A stretch of 53,201 bases of DNA from Chloroflexota bacterium (GTDB lineage: Bacteria > Chloroflexota > Limnocylindria > Limnocylindrales > CSP1-4), in the NCBI GenBank assembly GCA_040905225.1, contig JBBDRY010000096.1, forward strand, positions 43,099 through 96,299, read 5' to 3'. The position numbers and the translations under genes are program-made. The notes under the pieces were generated by a model, which saw only the letters and a list, made by a program, of their open reading frames with translations, had not been told where the DNA came from and searched no databases. Within the stretch, counting starts at the first letter, position 1, and every line of letters starts with the position of its first letter. Below are positions 1 to 10,233 of this stretch, piece by piece.

Positions 1-623
1 CCGACGAAGTTCACGTCGTCGTATGTGACTCCCTCGAAGTCGAAGATCAGGGCGGTGCGGGCACGGGTCACGTCGATCGTGGAAGAGCCCTCGTTCTCGC
101 GTCCTGCCGCGCCCGTGTAGGTCGTACCGAAGCCGCTCTCGGACGTAAAGTCGAAGCTGACTGCGCCGTCACCAATGTCAAGGACCTCGCCGTCGGTCTC
201 GGGAACGCCCGTGGCCGGAACACTGACGCCGAACCGGTGGATTTGACCGTTAGGCGCGTCGTCGTACCACGCTACCGCGAGGAACTCGTCGCCTTCGAAC
301 GTGAACGAGCAATCGCTCGCGTCGGCTGCGACGCCGATGACGTCGTATGTGCCATCGCGGCCTCCACGCGTGTCGTTGCTCACGGTGACTCGCGCCACAA
401 TCCCGGCGTCACTGAGAGTCGGGTCGAGACTGGCACTTGGTCCCGTGGTCGGCTGCACCGAGGGCGCAGAGTTCCCGGGCGCGGCGCTGCCCGGAGCGGC
501 GGTTCCTGGAGCCACGCTCGGAGCGGACTGACTGGCGGGCGGATTGGTTGGCTGACCGCCGACACACGCCACGGGGAAGATAGCGACGGTCATCACGAGG
601 CTGACGCGACGAATCAGGGACAT
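1..623 (-). CDS. putative secreted lipoprotein, unknown function (C-terminal part cut by window edge)
   Basis: My own minus-strand translation from ATG (complement of cat 621-623) gives MSLIRRVSLVMTVAIFPVACVGGQPTNPPASQSAPS... This is a signal peptide with a lipobox Cys followed by a Pro/Ala/Ser linker. The frame was hand-translated without stops down to about base 181 and assumed open to base 1. The ORF is absent from the supplied track because it has no in-window stop. Confidence 0.55.
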   Translation of the reverse strand, partial: MSLIRRVSLVMTVAIFPVACVGGQPTNPPASQSAPSVAPGTAAPGSAAPGNSAPSVQPTTGPSASLDPTLSDAGIVARVTVSNDTRGGRDGTYDVIGVAADASDCSFTFEGDEFLAVAWYDDAPNGQIHRFGVSVPATGVPETDGEVLDIGDGAVSFDFTSESGFGTTYTGAAGRENEGSSTIDVTRARTALIFDFEGVTYDDVNFV

Positions 624-721
624 GGTTCTCCTGGTGCTTGGCGCGGCGGGAGAAGGCTGCCGGCGGCGCGATGTCTGACGTGTTGCCCCGATTGTAGGTC
701 GGATCAGTAGGCTTCCCCGCA

Positions 722-2311
722 ATGGACTCCTGCGACCTGCTGATCGAGGGCGGCACAATCGTCGACGGCAGCGGCGCCCTGGGCCGAATCGGCTCCATAG
801 CCGTGCGTGGCGATCGCATGACAGTCCATCCACCCGAGTGGGACCGCCCGGGGCAGGTGGGACGACTGATCGACGCCAGTGGCAAGGTAGTTGCCCCGGG
901 CTTCATCGATCTCCATTCGCACGCCGGCCTGATGATCCTGGCCGACCCGCTCCACGAGCCCAAGGTCCGCCAGGGCGTCACCACCGAGGTAATCGGGGTC
1001 GACGGGCTGTCGTACGCACCGCTGCCATCGCAGACAGACCTCGACGCCCTGATCGAGATGAATGCCGGACTGGATGGGGCGCCGGACATCGCCGCCAACT
1101 GGCAAACGGTCGAAAGCTACCTGGACAGGTTCGACGGTCGGGTGAGCGTCAACATCGGCCTGCTCATCGGGAACAGCGCGCTTCGGATCAGCCGGCTTGG
1201 CTGGGATGACGTGCCTGCAGACGAGTCCGCCATTGCGGACATGAGGGCGATGCTGCGCGACGCGATGGCCGCGGGCGCCCTGGGCCTCTCGTCGGGGCTC
1301 GACTATCCGCCCGGTGCCTTCGCCACGACCGACGAGCTCGCCGCCCTGACCGCCGAGGCCGCGCGGAATGGCGGCTTCTATCACACCCACGTGCGGTATC
1401 CGCTCGGAGATCGCTACCTGGATCCGTTCCGTGAGGCGATCGAGATCGGCCGGCGCGGCGGCGGCCCCGTGCACATCACCCACTTCTATCACCGCCAGAC
1501 CCATCCGGGCGGGCCCGAGCCACTGCTCGCGCTGGTTGACGACGCACGCGCGGGAGGCCTCGACGTGACGTTCGACACCTACCCCTACGAATGGGCCTCG
1601 ACCCGGCTTCTCATCCAGTTGCCGCAGTGGATCCAGGCCGGCGGCCCAGGACCGCTCAAGGAGCGGCTGGCCGACCAGGGCGCGCGCGATCGTGTCCGGG
1701 CCGAGTTACGCGAACGGGGCGCGGCGTACACATCTCCCGCCGGCTGGGGGGACGTTCGTCTCGGTTATTTCGCGACACCGGGCAACCTGCGCTGGGAGGG
1801 GCTGACGCTCGCCGACGTGATGGCCGAGCGGGGGGTCGACGCGGTCGACGCGATATGCGACCTGCTCCTCGAGGAAGACCTGCGTATCAACCAGGTCACG
1901 TCCGGTCCATGGACGGAGACGATGCACCACTTCGTCGTCCATCCGGTAGGGATGTTCGGGACCGACTCGACGTTCATCGGCGCCAAGCCCTCCCCGCGCA
2001 CGTACGGGTCGTATCCGCGCGTGCTGGGCGAGTTCGTGCGGGAGCGCGCGCTCCTCGGGCTCGAGGAGGCAGTGCGAAAGATGACATCGGCGCCCGCGGC
2101 GCGGCTCGGACTGCGCGACCGCGGCCTGCTGCGCGACGGCTACCTGGCAGACGTCGTGGTTTTCGACCCCGAGACAGTCAGATCAAACGCCACGTACGAC
2201 GAGCCGCGCCGCTACCCGGATGGGATCGAACACGTCGTGGTCAACGGTGTTCTCGTCGTGGATCACGGCGAGCACACGGGCGCGTTGCCGGGGCGGGCAA
2301 TCCGCCGCTAG
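722..2311 (+). CDS. N-acyl-D-amino-acid deacylase (D-aminoacylase) family amidohydrolase
   Basis: 529-aa ORF. The N-terminus DLLIEGGTIVDGSG...GKVVAPGFIDLHSHAG carries the HxH metal site of the amidohydrolase superfamily. Length and the C-terminal DVVVFDP...V segment are typical of D-aminoacylases. Confidence 0.8.
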   Translation: MDSCDLLIEGGTIVDGSGALGRIGSIAVRGDRMTVHPPEWDRPGQVGRLIDASGKVVAPGFIDLHSHAGLMILADPLHEPKVRQGVTTEVIGVDGLSYAPLPSQTDLDALIEMNAGLDGAPDIAANWQTVESYLDRFDGRVSVNIGLLIGNSALRISRLGWDDVPADESAIADMRAMLRDAMAAGALGLSSGLDYPPGAFATTDELAALTAEAARNGGFYHTHVRYPLGDRYLDPFREAIEIGRRGGGPVHITHFYHRQTHPGGPEPLLALVDDARAGGLDVTFDTYPYEWASTRLLIQLPQWIQAGGPGPLKERLADQGARDRVRAELRERGAAYTSPAGWGDVRLGYFATPGNLRWEGLTLADVMAERGVDAVDAICDLLLEEDLRINQVTSGPWTETMHHFVVHPVGMFGTDSTFIGAKPSPRTYGSYPRVLGEFVRERALLGLEEAVRKMTSAPAARLGLRDRGLLRDGYLADVVVFDPETVRSNATYDEPRRYPDGIEHVVVNGVLVVDHGEHTGALPGRAIRR

Positions 2312-2808
2312 AACGGCTTGGTCACCATCAGGAAGACGATCGCGACGATCAGCGCCGTCTGGATCATGCCAATCTGGCGACCGCGCTTCACGAGCGCCGC
2401 GATGTGCGGCGGCGGCCCCGACGGAGGCGGCGAGCCGGGCGGCGGCGCAGGCGGAGGAGCCGACGTGAGCTCGATCAGCCTTCGGAGGGTGGGCAGGCCG
2501 ATGGCGAGCGAAGTGCCAACCAAGAAGACGTACAGCGCGATCGCCAGCAGTAGCCAGCCATGCGTGAGGATCTCGAAACCGATCTTCCAGACGAGCAGGA
2601 GCCCGGTTATCCCCTGGAACAGCGCCAGCGGAACGATCAACGTCGTCGCCACTCGCTTCTGGAAGCGGAGCGCAAAGTTGACGTGTTGGGGCTCATGACC
2701 CGCCATCGGGCCCAGGATCGGGAACGCGAAAGTCGGCCCAAAGGCGACGATCGCCCCACCAACGTGCAGGAACAGCAGCAGCAGGAATATCCAGTCCATC
2801 GCCCTCAC
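2308..2808 (-). CDS. DUF2269-like integral membrane protein with a proline-rich C-terminal loop
   Basis: 166-aa ORF with 4 predicted TM helices (MDWIFLLLLFLHVGGAIVAF...). A PPPAPPPGSPPPSGPPP insert precedes the last TM. Its 3' end overlaps the stop of the upstream convergent gene by 4 nt. Confidence 0.5.
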   Translation of the reverse strand: MRAMDWIFLLLLFLHVGGAIVAFGPTFAFPILGPMAGHEPQHVNFALRFQKRVATTLIVPLALFQGITGLLLVWKIGFEILTHGWLLLAIALYVFLVGTSLAIGLPTLRRLIELTSAPPPAPPPGSPPPSGPPPHIAALVKRGRQIGMIQTALIVAIVFLMVTKPF

Positions 2809-2903
2809 CCTCTGTCGGCCAATTTGCGGCCTATCCCGCCGTTGACGCTAGCACAGCCGAGTGTTGCGTTGAGGGCACCTTGGGCAGGTACCATCGCCGG
2901 CAA

Positions 2904-5360
2904 ATGACCGTCACCACGCGGCCACCGCGCGTCGCCCCGCGTCCTGACGCGCCTGTTGCGCCGGTCCGCGCGCCGCTCGACGGTGACATCGGCATCGGCC
3001 GCGCTCGCGCTTATCCGCTGCGTCGCGAGGGCCCCGAGAAGCTCACCGGCACGGCTCTATACACCGACGATCTCGTGTTCCCCGGCGCCTGGTACGGCCA
3101 CACGATCCGCTCGACCGAGCCACACGCACGGCTGCTCGGGATCGACCTGGATCCGGACTTCGATTGGTCGACCGTGGTCTTGCTCACCGCCCGAGACATT
3201 CCGGGCGAGAACTTCGTGAGCCTGATCACCGACGACCAGCCGATCCTGGTCGACGACGAGATACGTCATCACGCCGAACCCGTCGCGCTTCTCGCCGCTC
3301 CGGATCGGGAGATGCTGCGCGCGGCGAAGGGTCGCGTCCGGCTGCGGACAGAACCGTTGCCTCCCGTATTCGACCCGCTCGAAGCGACCCAGGAATTCGC
3401 CCATTTTGGTCTCGCGAAGGGCGACATCGAAGCGGGCTTCGCCGAGGCGGAGCTGGTCATCGAGGGCACATACCGAGTGGGCCACCAGGAGCAGCTGTAC
3501 ATCGAGAACAACGCGATGATCGCCGTCCCACGGGCGGACGGCGGCGTGACGATCCACGGCTCGATGCAATGCCCGTACTACATCCACAAGGCGCTTAAGC
3601 GGGCGTTGCTCCTGACCGATGCGCAGGCCGTCGTGATCCAGGCCGAAACGGGTGGCGGGTTTGGCGGCAAGGAGGAGTACCCGTCGATCATCGCGATCCA
3701 CGCGGCGCTACTGGCCCAGCGGCTGGGCAAGCCCGTGCGCATGATCTACGACCGGCACGAGGATCTTGCCGCTACCACCAAGCGCCATCCGGCGATCGTG
3801 AAGCACCGTACCGGCGTCACTCGCGACGGACGCCTGGTGGCGCAGGACATCGACGTGGTGATGGACGGCGGTGCGTATTGCACGCTCACGCCAGTGGTGC
3901 TGTCGCGCGGGACGCTCCACGCCGGCGGGCCGTACGACTGCCCGAACGTGCGCATCAACGGCCGCGCGGTCGCGACCAACACACCGCCCAACGGCGCCTT
4001 CCGCGGCTTTGGAGCGCCGCAGACCGAGTTCGCGGTGGAGATGCAGGTCAATCGGATCGCCGAGGCTCTCGGTATCTCGCCGCTCGAACTCCGACGCAGA
4101 TGGGTCTACCAGATTGGGGACGAGACGCCGAGCGGGCAGATCCTGCGCGAGAGCGTTGCTGGCGAGGAGGTGCTGGAGCGCGCCGCCGAAGCGGCTGAGT
4201 TCGAACGCGTGAGTGCGCTGACCGGAAGCGCCCGCTCGGAACGTGCCGCCCGACCGCCTAATCCGAGCGTCGCGCAGCTAACGACAGCGTCGGATAGGAC
4301 CGCGCGCGGAATCGGCCTGGCGCTTGCCTGGCACGGAGCCGGTTTCACGGGCAGCGGCGAGGTGAAGCTCGCCAGCGTGGCCAGCCTCGAACTCATGCCG
4401 GACGGCCGGATCCGTGTCCTGACCGGCTCGACCGAGATGGGCCAGGGCACGAAGACGATCTTTCCGCAGCTGGCTGCCGAGCAGCTCGGCATCGACGAGG
4501 CTGACGTCGAGATGGCTCCGCAGGACACCTCGATCGTCCCCGACAGCGGCCCAACCGTCGCCTCGCGCACGGCCATGGTCGTCGGCGGGCTGGTCATCGC
4601 TGCGAGTGCGCGCATGAGGGCTATGGTCGAAGCATCCACTGGGCGCTCCTTCGCCGAGTCGTACGTCGAATACGCCCGCGAGCACGGCGGCCTGCGCGTC
4701 GACCAGCAGTTCGAGCCGTATCCGAACGTTAACTTCGACGACGAGACCTATCGTGGCGACGCCTACCCGGCGTATGGCTGGGCATGCGCCGTGGCCGAGG
4801 TCGAGGTGGACCTGGACACTGGCGAGACCCACGTGCGCAGCGTCGTGTCTGCCGACGACATCGGTAAGGCCATCCATCCGGTCATGGCCGAGGGCCAGGT
4901 CGAAGGCGGCACGCTCCAGGGGGTTGGCTACGCGACGATCGAAGAGATCAAGCTCGTGGACGGTCGATACCTCAACGACCGGCTGGCGACCTACCTGATC
5001 CCGACTGCCCTGGATGCTCCGCGAATCGAAACGATCCTCGTGGAGAACCCCTATTCTGGCGCGCCGCACGGCGCGAAGGGCGTCGGCGAGCTGCCCATGG
5101 ACGTGCCCGCAGCGGCCGTCGTGGCAGCGATCCACGACGCCACGGGCGTCTGGGTCCACGATCTGCCGGCCACGCCGGAGCGAGTCCTCGCGGCGCTCCA
5201 CGGCATCACGCCACCGCCGCTTCCCGGCATCAGCACGGTCAGCGAGCGATCCTCAACGCCCGCACCGTCCGCGGAGGACGCGGGAGCTCCTGAGGAGGGG
5301 TTGGATCCACAGCCGGACGCTCCGACCGATCCTCAGCCACTGCGCGGGCCACAACCGTGA
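2904..5360 (+). CDS. xanthine dehydrogenase / aldehyde oxidase family molybdopterin-binding large subunit
   Basis: Long ORF with an a/b-hammerhead and MoCo-binding domains (GGGFGGKE, GAFRGFGAPQ, EMGQG, GVGE motifs). I chose the ATG at 2904 (MTVTTRPP) over the TTG at 2880. About 60 aa of Pro-rich C-terminal tail. Confidence 0.9.
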   Translation: MTVTTRPPRVAPRPDAPVAPVRAPLDGDIGIGRARAYPLRREGPEKLTGTALYTDDLVFPGAWYGHTIRSTEPHARLLGIDLDPDFDWSTVVLLTARDIPGENFVSLITDDQPILVDDEIRHHAEPVALLAAPDREMLRAAKGRVRLRTEPLPPVFDPLEATQEFAHFGLAKGDIEAGFAEAELVIEGTYRVGHQEQLYIENNAMIAVPRADGGVTIHGSMQCPYYIHKALKRALLLTDAQAVVIQAETGGGFGGKEEYPSIIAIHAALLAQRLGKPVRMIYDRHEDLAATTKRHPAIVKHRTGVTRDGRLVAQDIDVVMDGGAYCTLTPVVLSRGTLHAGGPYDCPNVRINGRAVATNTPPNGAFRGFGAPQTEFAVEMQVNRIAEALGISPLELRRRWVYQIGDETPSGQILRESVAGEEVLERAAEAAEFERVSALTGSARSERAARPPNPSVAQLTTASDRTARGIGLALAWHGAGFTGSGEVKLASVASLELMPDGRIRVLTGSTEMGQGTKTIFPQLAAEQLGIDEADVEMAPQDTSIVPDSGPTVASRTAMVVGGLVIAASARMRAMVEASTGRSFAESYVEYAREHGGLRVDQQFEPYPNVNFDDETYRGDAYPAYGWACAVAEVEVDLDTGETHVRSVVSADDIGKAIHPVMAEGQVEGGTLQGVGYATIEEIKLVDGRYLNDRLATYLIPTALDAPRIETILVENPYSGAPHGAKGVGELPMDVPAAAVVAAIHDATGVWVHDLPATPERVLAALHGITPPPLPGISTVSERSSTPAPSAEDAGAPEEGLDPQPDAPTDPQPLRGPQP

Positions 5361-5385
5361 GGGCCGCCGCCATGAGGTTTGGAGC

Positions 5386-5856
5386 GTGACCTACCGATTC
5401 GCGGTCAACGGCGAGGAGGTGTCACTGGAAGTGCCCGGCATGCGCAGGTTGCTCGACGCACTGCGCGAGGATCTCGGGCTGACAGGCACGAAGGAGGGCT
5501 GTGGCGAGGGCGAGTGCGGGGCGTGTTCGGTACTGGTCGACGGAGAGGTGGTCGACAGCTGCCTCGTGCCGGTCAGCCAGGTGGAGGGCACCTCGGTAAT
5601 GACCGTAGAGGGCCTCGCGCCGGCCGGCGGCATGGACGGGCTCCAACAGGCGTTTCTCGAACGAGGCGGCGCGCAATGCGGCATCTGCACGCCAGGCATG
5701 CTCATGGCGGCGCGCGCTTACATCGACTCGGGCGGCGCGCCGGTCGACGAGGACATCCGCGAGGCAATCGCCGGTAACCTGTGTCGCTGCACGGGCTACA
5801 CCAAGATCATCGAGGCGATCGCCGTCGCCGCGAGGGGCTCCGCTGATGCCCGCTGA
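5386..5856 (+). CDS. xanthine dehydrogenase family (2Fe-2S)-binding small subunit
   Basis: GTG at 5386 gives VTYRFAVNGEEV... It carries CGEGECGACSV (plant-type 2Fe-2S) and CGICTPGM...CRCTGY (second cluster). The ORF-track N-terminal extension overlaps the large subunit and is rejected. Confidence 0.9.
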   Translation: MTYRFAVNGEEVSLEVPGMRRLLDALREDLGLTGTKEGCGEGECGACSVLVDGEVVDSCLVPVSQVEGTSVMTVEGLAPAGGMDGLQQAFLERGGAQCGICTPGMLMAARAYIDSGGAPVDEDIREAIAGNLCRCTGYTKIIEAIAVAARGSADAR

Positions 5857-6700
5857 GCCGCCGATCGAATCGCCGAGCGACCTCGGGCAGGCATACAGCC
5901 TGCTGGCCAGCGGTGACGGCTGGCGGCCGATCGCGGGCGGAACAGACCTAATGGTCCAGATAACGGGCGAGTTGTCGCCACCGCCCGACCGCGTCCTCGA
6001 CCTGTGGCGGCTCGACGAGCTGCGCGGCATCTCCCTGGACGGCGACGTATTGGTGCTCGGCGCGCTGACGACGTACACCGACATCCGCCTGTCCGACCTC
6101 TGCCGAGAGCATCTGCCTGCGCTCGTCGAGGCGGCAGCGACCATCGGCGCGGCACAGATCCAGAACCGCGGGACGATCGGCGGCAACATCGTCAATGCCT
6201 CGCCTGCCGGCGACACGCTGCCGGTGTTGCTCGCGACGGACGCGGAGATCGTGCTCGGCAGCGCGACGGGCGAGCGGACCGTGCCGGCGGCCGACTTCTG
6301 GATTGGATATCGGCAGACGGCGCGGCGGCCTGATGAGCTCGTCGTGCGCGTGCGGATCCCAGTCCCGGGCGGCCGCCAGGTTCGATTCCGCAAGGTCGGG
6401 ACTCGGCGCGCCCAGGCAATCTCGAAGGTCGTGATGGCCCTTTCCTGGCGCCCAGACGCCGGTGTGTGGCGTGACGTGAGGGTGGCGCTCGGGTCAATCG
6501 CCGCCACTCCCGTCCGGGCGCCCGAGACGGAGCGTGTCCTCGAAGGCGCAGCGCCACGGAGCGAGACCGCCGATCACGCCGCAGTGACTATTGCCGGAGA
6601 GATAAGCCCCATAGACGACGTGCGCTCGACAGCCGACTATCGGCGTGTCGTGACCGCGCGGATATTGCATCGCCTGCTGCGCGAGGCAGGCGGCTGGTAG
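5846..6700 (+). CDS. xanthine dehydrogenase family FAD-binding medium subunit (CoxM-like)
   Basis: 284 aa with a PIAGGTDLMV FAD-binding motif and GTIGGNIVNASPAGD. The start overlaps the small-subunit stop by 11 nt, suggesting translational coupling. Confidence 0.85.
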   Translation: MPAEPPIESPSDLGQAYSLLASGDGWRPIAGGTDLMVQITGELSPPPDRVLDLWRLDELRGISLDGDVLVLGALTTYTDIRLSDLCREHLPALVEAAATIGAAQIQNRGTIGGNIVNASPAGDTLPVLLATDAEIVLGSATGERTVPAADFWIGYRQTARRPDELVVRVRIPVPGGRQVRFRKVGTRRAQAISKVVMALSWRPDAGVWRDVRVALGSIAATPVRAPETERVLEGAAPRSETADHAAVTIAGEISPIDDVRSTADYRRVVTARILHRLLREAGGW

Positions 6701-6738
6701 AGGTGGATCGCTCGACACCCGATCGGTGGAGCGGGGGC

Positions 6739-9700
6739 ATGACCTCATGCCCCAATTGCAGCGCGGCCGTCGCGGCTGATGCGCGGTTCTGTGCGAGCTG
6801 CGGCACGGCACTCGAGGCGACAACGGCCGAGGAGCGCAAGGTCGCGACCATCCTCTTCGCCGACGTCACCGGCTCGACCGACCTGGGCGAGCAACTCGAT
6901 CCCGAGCGAGTCCGCGCAATGCTCCAGGACTACTTCAGACAGATGTCCCGCGTCATCGAGGAATGGGCGGGAACGGTCGAGAAGTACATCGGCGACGCGG
7001 TCCTGGCCGTGTTCGGGGTTCCCACGGCGCGCGAGGATGACCCGATCCGCGCACTCAACGCGGCGACCGACATGCTCGCCCAGATCGACCGGATGAACGA
7101 CGACTTCGAGTCACGACACGGCGTTCGGCTGGCGGTCCGAATCGGAGTCAACACGGGCGAGGTCCTCGCGCCGGCCGGTGCCCGGACTGGAGGTCAGTTC
7201 CTCGTCTCGGGCGATCCGGTCAACGTCGCCTCGCGACTCCAGGAGGCTGCCGAGCCGGGCTCGGTCATGGTCGGTGAGCGGACCTGGGCAGTCGCCCGAA
7301 ACGCCTTCTCCTTCACCGAGCCGATCTCGTTGCAGGTCAAGGGAAAGCGCGAGCCCGTGCTTGCCCGGCGCCTCGGTGCGCCAACTGGCGAGGAGGGACG
7401 GGGTGTCCGCTTCCAGGCGCCGATGGTCGGGCGTGAGCGCGAGCTTGAGACCCTCGTCGGGCTGCTCGACGAGGCGATCGAGACCGAGCAACCCAGGCTC
7501 GTCGTGGTGAGCGGCTCCGCCGGCATAGGCAAGAGCCGGATGCTGCGCGAGTTCATCAGCGCCGCGACCGAACGCCACGAGGGTCTGGTCGCTCTGCGCG
7601 GCAGGTGCCTCGCCGCCGGCCACGGGATTACCTTCTGGGCACTCGGCGAGATCCTGCGCGCCGCCTGCGGGATCTCGCTCGACGAGCCGGTCGAGACCGC
7701 GGTCGAGAAGCTCCGCCGCACGGTCAGTTCCGTTCTCGAGCCTCTGGGCATGCACCAGAACGAGCTCGACGAAACATTCTTCGCGCTTGCGACGGGGGCG
7801 AGCCTGCCGGTCCCGGGCAATCCGCTGGAACGGATCGAACCGGAAGGCGTGGGCGAAGAGATGGCACGGGCATGGCCGCGCTTCCTCACCGGCCTTGCCG
7901 CTCGCTCGCCGACGACGATCGTGCTCGAGGACCTGCATTGGGCCGATGAGCGGATGGTGGCGATGATCGATTCACTGGCCGGGCGGTCGAAAGGCAGGCT
8001 GATGCTGATCGGCACCGCGCGGCCGGAGTTCCTCGAAACGCATGCGGGCTTCGCGCCCAGTGGGGAGTTGACGGTGATCCCGCTCCGTCCATTGACCGAG
8101 GCGCAGAGCGAGCGGCTGGTCACAGAGCTCCTGGGCGACAGTGACCCGCTCCAGGCACTGCTGATGGACGTGCGCCAGAAGGCGGAGGGAAATCCGTTCT
8201 TCCTCGAGGAGATCCTGCAGAGGTTGATCGATGAAGGCGCGATCGTTCGCCAGGACGGCCGCTGGGTCGCGACCGAACGCGCCCAGACCGTGCGCCTGCC
8301 GGACACCATCCACGCACTGCTTGCCGCGCGGATCGACGCGCTGCCGACCGCGGAGAAGGCGCTGCTGCAGCAGGCCGCAGTCGTCGGCCGGATCTTCTGG
8401 CCGGGATCACTGGCTGCGGCCGCGAACGGCCGGGATCCGGTCGACCTGTTGCGCGCACTGGAGCGCCGCGGGCTCGTCTCGGCGCGCACAAGCTCCACGA
8501 TCGAGGGGCAACCCGAATACATCTTTCGCCACGTCCTGATCAGGGACGTTGCATACGCGAGCGTGCCGAAGGCTCGCCGCGCGCGGGCTCACGCCGAAAC
8601 CGGGCGCTGGATCGAGACATTGGCCGCCGACCGGCTCGACGAATTCGGTGAGCTGCTCGCGTACCACTACGCCGCAGCCGCCGCGGGGGAGGATGCGGAC
8701 CTGGCCTGGGCGGACGCGCCAGCCGAACGGGACGACCTTCGCAAGCGCGCCTTCGATGCGCTCGTGAGCGCTGGCAACGCGGCCCTCCGGAAGTTCTCCG
8801 TCGACAGGGCGATCGCGCTCCACGAGGAGGCGCTGGCACTAGCGAGCGAGGAGGCGGAACGCCGCGACGCGAACGAGGCTCTCGGCGACGATCACGAGGC
8901 TCTGTTCCACATGGATGAGGCCCTCGCGGCATATCTCGCGGCGGTCGAGATCGAGCAGCGCGGCGACAACGATTCTGACCGCTTCGGGCAGCTCGTCGCC
9001 AAGATCGCGTCGCTTGCCAGGCGGTGGGGCGCATTCCGTGAGACCCCGCCCCATGCGCTGATCCACGATCTGATCAAACAGAGTCTGGCCCGCGATGTCA
9101 GCGATCGGGTTAGGGCGGAGTTGTTGATCGGCTCAGGGATGATCTCGCCCTCGGGCGCCCGCACGAGCAGCCGAACGCCGCTGGCAAGCGAGGATCGCGA
9201 TGCGCTCCCCGGACACATCAGGGACGTGGAGGCTGGCCTCGTTCTCGCCAAGAAGCTCGACGATCCGGCCATGATGTACCGCGCCTACGAGGTGCTGTCA
9301 CTGCTCTATTGGCACACTGGCGACATTGATAACTACCGGGAAATGACCGAGCGCGAAGCTGGCCTGCTCGAGCGCCTTCCATCGCGGCGCGAGCGCGTCG
9401 ACGTCCTCGTCGGCATGTCGGCGGTGCGAATGGACGTGGGCGATTTCTCGGGTTCGCTCGCAGCAGCCGAGCAAGCGTTCCAGCTGGCCGATGGCCTCAG
9501 CCTCCACGAACGGATGCACGCAAGCTTCCATGTCATGTGGGTGGCGATCACGATGGGCGATTGGGATCGCGCGCTGGAGATCTGGCCGTGGCACCTGGAC
9601 GCGGCCGCGCGCGAGCCGGACGTCAACTGTCCTAACGTGCGCGGCGGCCCGCCTCTGGGCGCGATGCTCCTCGGATGGCGCGGTGAGCTGGATCGGGCGT

Positions 9701-10233
9701 TGGAGCTTGTTCCGATCGGCGATGCGCCGCCCGATCGAGACACAATGTTCGACCGCGCAATCCTGGCGCGTTACGCCATCCTCGCTGGCCGCGAAGAGAT
9801 AGCCGCCGCGATTGTCGACTCGATGGCGTCGGATCCCGATCGGCTCACGCTGCCCGACGGGATTGAGTACTACCTTGAAACGCTCGCTGATCTCAATCGC
9901 TTCGACGCCCTCGAAAGGATGCTGCCACAGGTGCGCCGTATGGCCGGACCTGTGGTCATGCTCGGGCCGATCACCGATCGCGCCGAAGCGACAGTCGCGC
10001 TAAGGCGCGGCGACCGGGATGAGGCGTGCAGGCTGCTGGAGGTCGCATTGGCTCGATTCGAGGAACTCTCGGTGCCATTCGAGGTAGCGCGAACACGGGA
10101 GCTGTTGGCCGGGCTGGTCGATGAACAGCGATCTTCGGAGCTGCTCCGTGGGGCACTCCAAACGTACGACAGGCTTGGCGCAAAGCCGTTCGCGGACCGC
10201 GTCCGCACCACGCTCGAGGAGCATTCCCGATGA
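6739..10233 (+). CDS. zinc-ribbon / class III adenylate-guanylate cyclase / P-loop ATPase / TPR signal-transduction protein
   Basis: Domains in order: [19 protein letters not shown] zinc ribbon; [17 protein letters not shown]...GVNTGEV cyclase homology domain; canonical Walker [12 protein letters not shown]; and a long helical/TPR-like C-terminus with no HTH. The ATG at 6739 is preceded by GGAGCGGGGG. The stop overlaps the aceB start (ATGA). Confidence 0.85.
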   Translation: MTSCPNCSAAVAADARFCASCGTALEATTAEERKVATILFADVTGSTDLGEQLDPERVRAMLQDYFRQMSRVIEEWAGTVEKYIGDAVLAVFGVPTAREDDPIRALNAATDMLAQIDRMNDDFESRHGVRLAVRIGVNTGEVLAPAGARTGGQFLVSGDPVNVASRLQEAAEPGSVMVGERTWAVARNAFSFTEPISLQVKGKREPVLARRLGAPTGEEGRGVRFQAPMVGRERELETLVGLLDEAIETEQPRLVVVSGSAGIGKSRMLREFISAATERHEGLVALRGRCLAAGHGITFWALGEILRAACGISLDEPVETAVEKLRRTVSSVLEPLGMHQNELDETFFALATGASLPVPGNPLERIEPEGVGEEMARAWPRFLTGLAARSPTTIVLEDLHWADERMVAMIDSLAGRSKGRLMLIGTARPEFLETHAGFAPSGELTVIPLRPLTEAQSERLVTELLGDSDPLQALLMDVRQKAEGNPFFLEEILQRLIDEGAIVRQDGRWVATERAQTVRLPDTIHALLAARIDALPTAEKALLQQAAVVGRIFWPGSLAAAANGRDPVDLLRALERRGLVSARTSSTIEGQPEYIFRHVLIRDVAYASVPKARRARAHAETGRWIETLAADRLDEFGELLAYHYAAAAAGEDADLAWADAPAERDDLRKRAFDALVSAGNAALRKFSVDRAIALHEEALALASEEAERRDANEALGDDHEALFHMDEALAAYLAAVEIEQRGDNDSDRFGQLVAKIASLARRWGAFRETPPHALIHDLIKQSLARDVSDRVRAELLIGSGMISPSGARTSSRTPLASEDRDALPGHIRDVEAGLVLAKKLDDPAMMYRAYEVLSLLYWHTGDIDNYREMTEREAGLLERLPSRRERVDVLVGMSAVRMDVGDFSGSLAAAEQAFQLADGLSLHERMHASFHVMWVAITMGDWDRALEIWPWHLDAAAREPDVNCPNVRGGPPLGAMLLGWRGELDRALELVPIGDAPPDRDTMFDRAILARYAILAGREEIAAAIVDSMASDPDRLTLPDGIEYYLETLADLNRFDALERMLPQVRRMAGPVVMLGPITDRAEATVALRRGDRDEACRLLEVALARFEELSVPFEVARTRELLAGLVDEQRSSELLRGALQTYDRLGAKPFADRVRTTLEEHSR

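Noticed and set aside
409-1504. Minus-strand ORFs 409-1098 and 704-1504, which overlap the lipoprotein and D-aminoacylase genes.
   Set aside because: They have no motifs and low-complexity composition, and they conflict with well-supported genes on the same DNA.
2809-2903. Possible purine riboswitch or promoter upstream of the xanthine dehydrogenase genes.
   Set aside because: The conserved purine-riboswitch core (the junction and loop-loop sequences I know for the family) is not present. There is only a weak TTGACG hexamer.
7194-8522. 442-aa ORF antisense to the cyclase/ATPase gene. Similar long antisense ORFs lie at 17689-18957 (422 aa, opposite the S8 protease), 27196-28095, 40430-41899 (489 aa) and 38075-39103.
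   Set aside because: Their products are Arg/Ala/Pro/Ser-rich low-complexity sequence with no motifs, and each lies opposite a gene with strong family signatures. This is the typical stop-codon-poor antisense frame of high-GC DNA.
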